A DNA stretch of 33,967 nt from Fibrobacterales bacterium (GTDB lineage Bacteria > Fibrobacterota > Fibrobacteria > Fibrobacterales > JAOPTW01): positions 1 to 33,967 of the forward strand of contig JAOPTX010000110.1 in the NCBI GenBank assembly GCA_051532055.1. The letters are read 5' to 3'. Made by a program: the position numbers and the translations under genes. The notes beneath the pieces were generated by a model. It had not been told where the DNA came from. It searched no databases and saw only the letters and a list, made by a program, of their open reading frames with translations. Below are positions 1 to 9,809 of the stretch, one piece after another (within the stretch, counting starts at the first letter, position 1; each line of letters opens with the position of its first letter).

Positions 1-73
1 ACTATATAGAAAAAATGTCAGGTTTGATACTACTAATACTCTTATACAGTGTTCTATAAGCGGGATAGTGCTC

Positions 74-550
74 TTATGGAGTATGATGTAGGTCATGATG
101 GGTAATTTCCGCTATTGTTTTGAGTAACTCATCCATTGAAAAAGGTTTGGAGAGTATCGCTTTAAACCCATACTGTGAATGTTCCTGCATTACAGGATCA
201 CTAGAATAGCCACTGGTTACAATTGCCGATACGTTAGGATCAAAGCTCTTAATCTCAGATATCGTATCTTTGCCCCCTTTTTTGCCGGGGATCGTTAAGT
301 CTAAAATGATACATTCAAAGGGTTCTTTGGCTTCGAGTGCCTCTTTATATTTACGAATGGCACTATCACCATCAGAGGCGAGTTCAACAGTATAGCCGTT
401 GAGAATAAGCATTTCATTCAAGAGCTCTTGAATAAATTCTTCGTCATCCATAACGAGTATTTTACCATGTTTGTCTGTTTGAATGCAGTCAGGGTTTTTA
501 GGCGCTGATTCGAGCTTTGGATTATGTACATGGTTTTGTTGCTCTTGCAT
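74..550 (-). CDS. Stand-alone response regulator receiver (REC) protein
   Basis: ILVMDDEE acidic pocket, IILDLTIPG phospho-Asp, VTSGYS and LSKPF motifs; no output domain. Confidence 0.9.
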   Translation of the reverse strand: MQEQQNHVHNPKLESAPKNPDCIQTDKHGKILVMDDEEFIQELLNEMLILNGYTVELASDGDSAIRKYKEALEAKEPFECIILDLTIPGKKGGKDTISEIKSFDPNVSAIVTSGYSSDPVMQEHSQYGFKAILSKPFSMDELLKTIAEITHHDLHHTP

Positions 551-851
551 TATGGTTTTCCTTTAAGAATCATATGGTAAATAGTGTGCTCCTCTATGGC
601 GGTACTCTTACTATTGTTATAGCATTTATTATAACAAAAATGCGAAATATCGTGGGGTGTTTTGTTTGTTGGAGTAAGCATTGCTGTTTGGGCTTGTGAT
701 GTGACTTATTAGTCGTTTTTTATGTACTTTATCCAATTTAAATGGTGCTTTGTTGGAGATGTTTTTTGTTGGCTCAAGATTGTGTTGAGTTTGATGTTGG
801 TTACGGTTCATGGAAGTTATTTGTGGGGTTTTGGAAGCGCTGTGGTGGGCA

Positions 852-920
852 TTGTTTGTTTGTATGTTTGATTGTTTGTTTGTTTGTTTGTTTGTTTGTT
901 TGTTTGTTTGTTTGTTTGTT
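852..920. repeat. Tetranucleotide microsatellite: perfect (TTGT)12 at 872-919, imperfect units back to 852
   Basis: Read directly from the sequence. Confidence 0.95.
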
Positions 921-927
921 ATCCCCA

Positions 928-941
928 GGGGGGGGGGGGGG
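928..941. repeat. G14 homopolymer inside an imperfect inverted repeat (CCCAGGG 924-930 / CCCTGGG 986-992)
   Basis: Read directly from the sequence. Confidence 0.9.
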
Positions 942-1086
942 CGGTTGCATGTGCGAGCAGCAAACCCCATTTGTGAACAGCACAACCCTGGGAATTATGG
1001 AAAAAAGGAAAAAGTATAAAAGAAAAAAGTAAAACTGAAAGAGTGATAATACGAAAAATGAGAGAAAGAGAATAAGTAGAAAAACC

Positions 1087-2184
1087 CTACTCCTCAACCT
1101 CCCGACAATACTCAGCGCCCAATGCATCAATAATACAATCAAACACCGGCTTTCCCCCAATATACACATTATCAAGAAAGAAAATAGGTTTCTCCACCGG
1201 CTTCCTCAGGTGCGGTGACGTAAACTCATCATCAAATTTAACCACATATTCACCCGTTGTTACTTTCATGAAGTTGGCTACTATACGCATTTGCTTAAGT
1301 TGTTTGGGAGGAATATAGTCTGCTAAAGGAATCGCAATGGTGGTCCACTCATTATCATCGTCAAGGCCGAGGCTATTGAGCCAGATCAATTGTACATTAC
1401 TGCCAGTAGAAGTGAACTCACCCCATTCAAATTTGAATAAGGGAATAAAATTGGCTTTGATATCAAAATAGAGAGTGGCATTATGCCAATAAGAGAGGTC
1501 TCTTGTTTCTTCAAAAGTTTCACCAAATGCAAAAAATATTCCTCCCCAGCTTTGGGTGCCGGTAAATCTAAAAGCTGTTGTGCCATCATCGGTTGTAGGG
1601 TCAGTAATAGTATCGAATAATGAGGGTGTCACATACGTTTTGTCGGTGAAAAAACCAATGTGGCCATCGAAGCTTTTGCTGTCATAATAGTCTGCACTGT
1701 CAGGGGGGATTCCGTCTTCTTTAAAAAGAACGAACATTGAATCGTTGACAGTAAGGGTGTGTTCGGGCTCTGTGTCAGAAGATGAGCTCTCTGGTGTTGT
1801 GGAGGATGACGAATTCAGCCGTTCACTGGAGGATGTACTTTCACTGCTCTCTGTTTCTTCGCTGCTTTCGCTCATTGAACTATTTGATTTACTTGAACTA
1901 TCGTCAGAAGATTCTCTGTGTTGAACTGCGGAGCTGCTCTGAGTTATATCGCTCTCGGAAGAGGACTCTTGATCTATAGGGATAAAACTAGAAGTACCAA
2001 TGATTGAGATGGGAATGATCACCATTGATGATGACGATAGGGGAGTGTTCGGCAGTGTTGCATGACTTGAGCTAACAGGACCTATTGGCGTTGGAACAAT
2101 TACAGTCGCGGGCTCTATGTTTTCGGTACATCCAATGACGAGAGTGAGTATGGTGCATAGGATTATGTGAATGGAGTAAGTCAT
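1087..2184 (-). CDS. Lipoprotein with Ser-rich linker and C-terminal galactose-binding/CBM-like beta-sandwich domain
   Basis: Lipobox VIGC; Ser-rich tract; WGG, RDLSYWHNATLYFDIK, EWTTIAIPLADY and FLDNVYI motifs typical of CBM11-like jelly-rolls. Confidence 0.7.
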   Translation of the reverse strand: MTYSIHIILCTILTLVIGCTENIEPATVIVPTPIGPVSSSHATLPNTPLSSSSMVIIPISIIGTSSFIPIDQESSSESDITQSSSAVQHRESSDDSSSKSNSSMSESSEETESSESTSSSERLNSSSSTTPESSSSDTEPEHTLTVNDSMFVLFKEDGIPPDSADYYDSKSFDGHIGFFTDKTYVTPSLFDTITDPTTDDGTTAFRFTGTQSWGGIFFAFGETFEETRDLSYWHNATLYFDIKANFIPLFKFEWGEFTSTGSNVQLIWLNSLGLDDDNEWTTIAIPLADYIPPKQLKQMRIVANFMKVTTGEYVVKFDDEFTSPHLRKPVEKPIFFLDNVYIGGKPVFDCIIDALGAEYCREVEE

Positions 2185-2341
2185 GTAATTGTTCCCCTAA
2201 TTGGTCAATTACATATATAGAATTTGGAGTTAACGCGCTCATTTACGAGGGTTGATTATTTGGGGGTAGGGATAGGTTCTGTTTCATTTCTGTTCATAAG
2301 CATCAGCTTAAACGGCAGATTGTTAAATGAACGTTTGGTTC

Positions 2342-2368
2342 CTATCTCACTCAAAGTGCCGTTTGAAA
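2342..2368. repeat. Direct repeat, left copy (CTATCTCACTCAAAGT-gc-CGTTTGAAA), matching the 3' end of the globin gene
   Basis: 16/16 identity with 3218-3233, plus a 9-bp block matching 3243-3251. Confidence 0.8.
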
Positions 2369-2371
2369 GTA

Positions 2372-2821
2372 TTATGGGTGTGATTGTTTAATTTTGTCAA
2401 AATCTATATGACGGTAAAATGTACTTTCTTTAGCAATCATATATTCTTCACTATCAAATACTTTTTCTTTAAGATAGTGTTCAAATGCAGAAAATATTTC
2501 GTTGCCTAATACGCTTAATTTAATTGTAGCGACATCATATATTATAAAAGAGTCAATGCCTGTATAGTTGTGTGCAATTCTATTTCTTAATGCTTTAATA
2601 TTAGCGATATCTGTACATTGTACTTGAGAGTCTTCACTCATTTTACCTACAGTTTCACCTATATTTGTCAAAAGGGTAAGGACTGCATTATATACCATCT
2701 GATCAGATGTTTCAAAAAACTCTTCTGGAGTGCTGATGCCTTTAATGTAGGCACGAATTTTTCCAATAGATTCAAGAATCGATAAAAAATGAAACATGTC
2801 ATTTTTAGGATCAGCTAACAT
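2372..2821 (-). CDS. hepT: HepT-like HEPN ribonuclease toxin (DUF86)
   Basis: RNRIAHNY fits RX4HXY; NIGE motif; start moved to ATG 2821, which overlaps the MNT stop (ATGTTAGCTGA). Confidence 0.85.
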   Translation of the reverse strand: MLADPKNDMFHFLSILESIGKIRAYIKGISTPEEFFETSDQMVYNAVLTLLTNIGETVGKMSEDSQVQCTDIANIKALRNRIAHNYTGIDSFIIYDVATIKLSVLGNEIFSAFEHYLKEKVFDSEEYMIAKESTFYRHIDFDKIKQSHP

Positions 2822-3089
2822 AGACTGCATCCTTTTTGGCACGGTGGACAATAATAGGACTTGCGAATCTCGCAATAACAAGATCGACATGAGTTTCTGC
2901 TAAAAGTGTTAACTCTTCTTTAAAGCCGATGAGATCTTTATAATCTTGATACTCTTCAATAAGAATGTCGAGGTCATTAGGGGTTTTACTATGTAAATAA
3001 GAGCCAAAAATAGCGATACGAGGAATGTGGTACTTTTTCAGTAGGGCACTTTCCTCTATTTTTTGAGTCAAATGTTGGAGCGATATCAT
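2811..3089 (-). CDS. mntA: Minimal nucleotidyltransferase antitoxin (MntA-like)
   Basis: IAIFGSY...NDLDILI and VDLV motifs; 92 aa; directly upstream of and overlapping the HEPN gene. Confidence 0.85.
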   Translation of the reverse strand: MISLQHLTQKIEESALLKKYHIPRIAIFGSYLHSKTPNDLDILIEEYQDYKDLIGFKEELTLLAETHVDLVIARFASPIIVHRAKKDAVYVS

Positions 3090-3217
3090 AGAATCAACCT
3101 TTGTGGAGATAGTTCTAAATATAGTAATTATGGAGAGTGGCCATAGGATTGATTTTTACCCTCTTTTATTGAGTATGTCGCTTTTGTTTCTACAGTATAT
3201 GGTTTGGGTGCTCTTAA

Positions 3218-3251
3218 CTATCTCACTCAAAGTCCAAGGCGTCGTTTGAAA
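3218..3251. repeat. Direct repeat, right copy, overlapping the globin stop codon
   Basis: CTATCTCACTCAAAGT-ccaaggcgt-CGTTTGAAA. Confidence 0.8.
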
Positions 3252-3580
3252 TTGCCACCGATTGCTTCTGCATCCATTATCGCACCTTCAGTTTTTGGCC
3301 CTTCAAAGTGCTTTCGGATATTTAATCTAAAATAGTGGAGCCATACTTCAAAATGTTCAGCGGTGAGTCCAAGAGGGAAATGTTTGGCCATTGGGTTACC
3401 TTGAAAGCCAGGTTGCTGGAGTATGAGGCCTGCCCAGAATTTTGCGATTTGTACAATGTGCTCGTCCATATTGATGGGCTCGAATATATGGTGCACTCGT
3501 TCATCAACGGTTAGTTGTGCATAAAAGCTGGTTAAAAAGAGAGTGATGTCTTCTATGGATTCTATATCGCGTTTGGTCAT
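3227..3580 (-). CDS. Group III truncated hemoglobin
   Basis: KRDIES.EDI, FYAQL..DERV..IF, HIVQIAKFW, GNPMAKH and HFEVWL.YF motifs; start taken as ATG 3580 after AGGTGA. Confidence 0.88.
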   Translation of the reverse strand: MTKRDIESIEDITLFLTSFYAQLTVDERVHHIFEPINMDEHIVQIAKFWAGLILQQPGFQGNPMAKHFPLGLTAEHFEVWLHYFRLNIRKHFEGPKTEGAIMDAEAIGGNFKRRLGL

Positions 3581-3831
3581 TAGGTCACCTGAGGGTAGTT
3601 TTTGTTCTGTAATATATAGTATGGATAAAGTCGCATGAATATACAAATGTTTGAGGATTCTTTTGACAACCATTGTATCCATTATTAATTACTTACTCTT
3701 TTGGTATTTTTGACGCTCTCTTCGCTAACTATTCCGTAACCGCCATACGGCCTTCCCTTCAGGAAGGTATTCATCGGCATATCTCTCTATGGGATATGTA
3801 TGTTATAAGCATGCACATACAGGAGTAACCC

Positions 3832-5124
3832 ATGAAATATCATACCACATTACCCATTGGCATTCTTTTTTCAGCACTACTATTACAAGGCTGTTTGACT
3901 GATGGCGCCCCAAATAACCCAATCGAAGATGCCCTACCTCAGATGAATGAATCGAGTAGTAGCAGTGAATTAGCTTTCAGTAGTGCTAAAGAATTAATGA
4001 GTAGTATCGTAGATTCTAAGGTGAGTAGTCATGACTGCGGGGTATCATCCTACAGTAGCTCATTGTCATCAATGTCATCTAATAGGGATGAATCTTCGCT
4101 TGATGAGTTTGAGACTCAGAGCTCTCAAGAATTGAGTAGTTTTGCTGAGTCTTCATCTATGGACCATGAAAGCCAGTCATCATCAGTAAATGGTGGTTCT
4201 GAAGAACCCGTCTCTTCTGATGCAGTCGTTGATACTCTTGTTACGAAAGATGCGGTACGCAGCTATATTTTTGGACACAGTCTCATCAATCACCAATCAC
4301 GCTTTAACACTACAGCTAATGAATTGACAATGGTGCCGTATTGGATGCATCAGTTTGCTGAGAGCGAAGGGCGGTCTTATGGATTTAGTGGGCAGTATGG
4401 ATTCCTTGGTGGGCATAGTAACTTGCCTCCCAATCCTCAGTGGGGGATAGAGTCAGTACCAGGGGTGTGGGATGATGATGACGGCCGAAGTTTTGCTGAA
4501 GTTGATTTTAATACCATATTACTCACTCCTGCAAATTTTGTTCAGTATAAACCTGCTACAGAGAATAACTATAACGATGATAATTCACCCGTAAGTTATA
4601 CCAATACCATTTTCAATTGGGTCACCGAGCAAGAACCAGGAATAGAACTCTATATCTATGAAAACTGGCCGGATATGGGTGGACTGGCTCCCAATTTTGA
4701 TCCTGAAGCTGACCCTTATGCACTCCCTACTGCTGATGCATTGGAAGAGTATTACGCTCACACACTCTCTTCATTTCATGACTGGTTTTTGGAGTATCAT
4801 GATGAGGTTCGTAAACAAAACCCATCGGTCAAAATGATTCCCGTTGGACCTATTTTAGCAAAGCTCTTTACCGAAACCAGTTTGAGCTCTATTTCTGTGA
4901 CTGATCTCTATGAAGATAATGCGCCCCATGGGACGCCAACACTCTATTTCTTGGCGGGGATGATTACCTATATGGGTATGTATGCTGGGCCGACTCCTGT
5001 TGGATATACGGTTCCGGATTCAGTACATGAAGCAGTCCGGAATTCCTACAGTAGTATTCGTAGTTTTATTTGGGATGAACTGCAGGGGTTCAACTTTGAT
5101 TCCGGTGAGAGCAGGGTTTTTTAA
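3832..5124 (+). CDS. Lipoprotein with Ser-rich linker and SGNH-like hydrolase domain
   Basis: AGGAG RBS; lipobox LQGC; YIFGHSL block-I-like motif; IPVGP; EDNAPHG distal His. Confidence 0.65.
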   Translation: MKYHTTLPIGILFSALLLQGCLTDGAPNNPIEDALPQMNESSSSSELAFSSAKELMSSIVDSKVSSHDCGVSSYSSSLSSMSSNRDESSLDEFETQSSQELSSFAESSSMDHESQSSSVNGGSEEPVSSDAVVDTLVTKDAVRSYIFGHSLINHQSRFNTTANELTMVPYWMHQFAESEGRSYGFSGQYGFLGGHSNLPPNPQWGIESVPGVWDDDDGRSFAEVDFNTILLTPANFVQYKPATENNYNDDNSPVSYTNTIFNWVTEQEPGIELYIYENWPDMGGLAPNFDPEADPYALPTADALEEYYAHTLSSFHDWFLEYHDEVRKQNPSVKMIPVGPILAKLFTETSLSSISVTDLYEDNAPHGTPTLYFLAGMITYMGMYAGPTPVGYTVPDSVHEAVRNSYSSIRSFIWDELQGFNFDSGESRVF

Positions 5125-5154
5125 AGGAATGTTCTCCTTGATCTAAAGAGTCTT

Positions 5155-5180
5155 AAGCGTGAATCGTATTCGCGCTTTTG
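5155..5180 (+). terminator. Intrinsic terminator
   Basis: AAGCGTGAAT-cgt-ATTCGCGCTT stem (one G-U pair) followed by T residues, about 30 nt after the stop. Confidence 0.6.
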
Positions 5181-5274
5181 TCGATTGTTATGCTATCGCG
5201 AAGAGGCTTAGCTCAACTTCAGTCAATTGATTAAAATTTTGTATGTTTTAGCGATCATTAAAGATGAGAGCTGC

Positions 5275-6327
5275 ATGAAAGTATCGCAATCAAAATTTGA
5301 AATTATAGAATCAACCCTCGGGGATTGGCGAGAAGCTGATCATATCGATACCGAAACCTACGAACGTCTCCTAGAAACCTTGGAGCCTGAGCCCTTTGAT
5401 TGGAAGCGATTGGCTAAGTATTCATTTTGGATCTCAATTATCTGTGTCGTAATTTCTCTTACCAGTGTTGTTGCAGATGGCTACTTGCGTATGGTGTTCC
5501 AGAAGTTATTTGATGCACCGGCGCTCGCGAAATCCATTACGTTCTTTGTTATTGCTCTGGGGAGTATTGCATGGACTAAGCGGTTACAACTCACGCAACC
5601 GCTCAAAACTTTTAGAAATGAGTCACTGTTGTTTGTTGGTGTGTTATGTGTAGCGGTGTCCATCGCTTTTTTAGGGCAGGCACTTGATACCGGTTCTGGG
5701 CATTTTTCTCTGTTGATACTTATAGCATCATGTATCTATGCAGTGATAGGATTATGGTTACGTTCAGAGTTAACATGGATATTTTCACTCATAGCCTTTT
5801 GTGGGTGGCTTGGTGCAGAGACCGGCTATGCATCTGGTTGGGGAGCGTATTACTTGGGTATGAACTATCCTATGCGATTTGTAGTAATGGGGACTGGGCT
5901 GCTCTTGACAACGGTTGTTTTTAAGAGAGTAGCACTGCTGGATCTCTTTTCAAAATCAACCCGGGTAATCGCATTATTGAATCTATTTATAGCTCTCTGG
6001 ATATTGTCGATCTTTGGTAATCACGGTTCACTTCATGAGTGGGAACTGGTAACGCAATTTGAGCTCGTTCATTGGGCGCTCCTCTTTGGTGTCGTTGCCC
6101 TTGGCTCAATATATCATGGTCTTAAAAATGATGACAGCATGACTCGTGGGTTCGGTATAACCTTTCTCTTTATCAATTTCTATACGCGGTTCTTTGAATA
6201 CCTTTGGGACACGACTCATAAGGCACTACTCTTTGCGATTCTGGCTGTCACGTTCTGGGTGATTGGTGCAAAAGCCGAGAGCATTTGGAATGTTGGCCGA
6301 GTAAAAGATGAGCGGAACAATCTTTAG
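5275..6327 (+). CDS. Multi-pass membrane protein, DUF2157-like
   Basis: About 10 hydrophobic segments; N-terminal W...HID.ET...L, FDWKRLAKYSFW and FLFINFYTRFFEY motifs; ATG 5275 preferred over TTG 5227. Confidence 0.75.
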   Translation: MKVSQSKFEIIESTLGDWREADHIDTETYERLLETLEPEPFDWKRLAKYSFWISIICVVISLTSVVADGYLRMVFQKLFDAPALAKSITFFVIALGSIAWTKRLQLTQPLKTFRNESLLFVGVLCVAVSIAFLGQALDTGSGHFSLLILIASCIYAVIGLWLRSELTWIFSLIAFCGWLGAETGYASGWGAYYLGMNYPMRFVVMGTGLLLTTVVFKRVALLDLFSKSTRVIALLNLFIALWILSIFGNHGSLHEWELVTQFELVHWALLFGVVALGSIYHGLKNDDSMTRGFGITFLFINFYTRFFEYLWDTTHKALLFAILAVTFWVIGAKAESIWNVGRVKDERNNL

Positions 6328-6352
6328 ATAGTTGAGTGAGAGTATCCAGAAC

Positions 6353-7549
<1,197 letters not shown>

Positions 7550-7558
7550 AATGGTCTC

Positions 7559-9085
7559 TTAAAAATTATAGGTTAGGGCTGTATGAAAGTTATTTCTTGT
7601 ATGAATAAGTAAGTCTGGTTCGGTATCACTGAAGGTTTGAGGGAATAGGGCATAACCCGCAGTTGCAGTAAGAGCAATGTTTTGTGTAATATAGAGATGG
7701 AGTTCAGCGGTTAATTCAACGTCCTGTGCATAGATATAGGTTCCTTGGTATTTACCAACGAGGCCAAAACAGTAATAGGCACCTAATGAAAGGGCCGTTT
7801 TTTTATTGAATAGGCGGGGAGAAGTATAGCCTGTCCCGAGCTTTGTCCAGTATTGTCGTTCTTCACTATGGGTAAATTGTAGGTCATGGGCAAGATACCA
7901 CATCGGTATAGGGTATACTTTGAAAGAACTTTTTACTGAGCCATCTAATGAGAGCGCTTTACCAAGGGTGAGTGATAGGTATGAATGAGGGGGTGCGATG
8001 GGAGCAGATTTTTGAACGGTTCCTTTATAATAAGCGATAGATACAGGGAGCGTATGGAGATCTGTTGTGTATATTTCTTTTTTTTCACGGGGGCGAAGGG
8101 TAAAGGAATGTGAGCGAGTGGTCTCTTCGTTCTTTTGATAGAGTAAATAGTTTCCTGGATTTAAGGCAATAGCGAGGGGGGTGCGTGATTGTTTGGTGAG
8201 ATCTGCAACAATAAGGTTATCTCTATTTGCGATGGTAATATTACCCATCAGGTGTGAATCGATAATGATTCCAGAGCCAGAACGATTGAGGTCGGTAAGA
8301 ATGAGGTCACCTTCGAGTTTCATTTTAAATTCAGCATTAGGGTGCTGGGATGTGCCGAAAAAGGATTGAGACTGGAGGAGTGTATTGTGATAGGCATAGG
8401 TATAGGCTTCCATGAGTGAGACTTTATTATCTCCCGATACATCTGCCGCTCCTCGTAATCCATTGGTAAAGTAGTGAGTGAAATAGGAACTTCCCAATTG
8501 ATCAGATTCATGGGAGAGTTCATTATGAGCACTCGATGAAATAAGAATGGTCCCTTCGGCGGTTATACTTTGGTTTATGGCTACGGGGGCTATCTTTTTT
8601 ACCCCTTTCTTTCGTATGAGCGATCCACTTTCACAGGCATCGAAAAAACCAATTTTTACTTGAGCTGGAATTGCTTTAAAATGACGGGCAAATTGTTGGT
8701 AAGTAAATGAGGTAGAACCCAGCTTCATTCTATGGGAATCGCCATGGCCCGAAAAGTAGAATATAAAGACGGCAGGCTCTGATGACGATTTGTTGTGGTG
8801 TGTGATCGTTGCTTGCATCTGATCAAAAGCGGTGACAACTTCTTTTTTGTTCGGAGACTTAAGGAGTGTTATGTTTTTGGGTTGTAAAAAACCGAAGTGA
8901 GAAAAGATGGATGATATTTTCTCAGCATCTTTTTCAGAGTATTTAAGCTCTGTATCTGATGAATCCCCTTGGTTATGACCTATAAATAGACCATAGTGTG
9001 TCGAGGCGGTGGCAGGGAGAATCGCCATCACCAAGAATATCGTTATACTGGTTATATAGAATCGGCTCACGTTACTTTTTCTCAT
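7559..9085 (-). CDS. Exported caspase-family (peptidase C14) protein with C-terminal beta-strand-rich, possibly outer-membrane region
   Basis: Signal peptide; GLFIGHN..G...LKYSEKDA, FYFSGHG (His), FFDACESG (Cys), ESDQLGSSYFTHY..GLRGAAD..GD.KVSL.EAY, Q.P; ends ALTYNF. Confidence 0.88.
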   Translation of the reverse strand: MRKSNVSRFYITSITIFLVMAILPATASTHYGLFIGHNQGDSSDTELKYSEKDAEKISSIFSHFGFLQPKNITLLKSPNKKEVVTAFDQMQATITHHNKSSSEPAVFIFYFSGHGDSHRMKLGSTSFTYQQFARHFKAIPAQVKIGFFDACESGSLIRKKGVKKIAPVAINQSITAEGTILISSSAHNELSHESDQLGSSYFTHYFTNGLRGAADVSGDNKVSLMEAYTYAYHNTLLQSQSFFGTSQHPNAEFKMKLEGDLILTDLNRSGSGIIIDSHLMGNITIANRDNLIVADLTKQSRTPLAIALNPGNYLLYQKNEETTRSHSFTLRPREKKEIYTTDLHTLPVSIAYYKGTVQKSAPIAPPHSYLSLTLGKALSLDGSVKSSFKVYPIPMWYLAHDLQFTHSEERQYWTKLGTGYTSPRLFNKKTALSLGAYYCFGLVGKYQGTYIYAQDVELTAELHLYITQNIALTATAGYALFPQTFSDTEPDLLIHTRNNFHTALTYNF

Positions 9086-9809
9086 AGGTTAACACTGATA
9101 CAGAGTGATTTTTGAAAAGGGGAGAAAGTCTATCGTAGAGTGTTCCATTGGTCAGTGGTAGGCTGGTGGTGATATTCAATGATTGTATGGTTTCAAGTAT
9201 GCGAACGGGATCAAACTTTTCGGGAGCTGCAAGAGCAATAAGAGCTTCTGCACCAATGTACCTATCAAGTTCTAGTGCGAATGGGAGAGGAGTGCCATCA
9301 CTTGCCGGCATATAGAGCTCTTGTGTATTGGTGATACATTCAACAGAACCTGACTGGTTGAGTAGGAAAAAATGAATATAGTTCGCAGTGTCAGAGGAGT
9401 AAAAAGGTTGGATTTTGTTATTTTCGGCAAGGGTACTTCCGGAAATAACCGGGGAAAAGGTTCCCTGATGCTCTAAGTAATAACTAATGGAAAATGAGAG
9501 GCTTTTAGAGCGAACTGCTACTTGTGGAGTCTCGGTTGTATTAAAGGGGAAGGCGTCACTCAAAGAAATTACTGCAGTGCCCGTAATAGTAATACCCACG
9601 AGTACAAGAAGTGTAGAGACTGTTTGTAACCATTTTATATTAAAGAGTACAATCGGGCCTTTTTTTGAACGGGGCAGTTGCTGTGCGGGCTGTTCACTGG
9701 TAATTTGAGCAACAACATTTTTAAGTATATGCTCAGGGGCTTTAACTGAAGCGCGCTTCTTCGTTCCATATGCATGGAGTAGGTCTTCTGTATCGTGCTT
9801 GTTATTCAT
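9072..9809 (-). CDS. Putative anti-sigma factor: short cytoplasmic N-terminus, one TM helix, extracytoplasmic DUF4384-like domain
   Basis: Overlaps the sigma gene by 8 nt and the caspase gene by 14 nt; TM segment VSTLLVLVGITITGTAVISL; LPFALELD...GAEALIALA motif. Confidence 0.65.
   Translation of the reverse strand: MNNKHDTEDLLHAYGTKKRASVKAPEHILKNVVAQITSEQPAQQLPRSKKGPIVLFNIKWLQTVSTLLVLVGITITGTAVISLSDAFPFNTTETPQVAVRSKSLSFSISYYLEHQGTFSPVISGSTLAENNKIQPFYSSDTANYIHFFLLNQSGSVECITNTQELYMPASDGTPLPFALELDRYIGAEALIALAAPEKFDPVRILETIQSLNITTSLPLTNGTLYDRLSPLFKNHSVSVLTYEKK

Noticed and set aside
517..1175. ORFs 517..699, 629..985, 742..1032, 801..1175 and 810..1019 with KQTN/CLFV repeats
   Set aside because: 517..699 is a short antisense overlap of the REC gene start; the others are products of the (TTGT)n and G14 tracts, which lack stops in several frames. 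None shows protein-like features.
2308..2366. AAACGGCA...TGCCGTTT inverted repeat after the HEPN gene as an integron attC site
   Set aside because: Ends do not fit RYYYAAC/GTTRRRY, no L boxes are evident, and there are no similar sites between other genes and no integrase
2822..2890. Longer N-terminus of the HEPN ORF; likewise the extensions at 3581-3682, 5227-5274, 18436-18447 and 29553-29558
   Set aside because: Downstream ATGs fit the RBS, translational coupling or domain boundaries better
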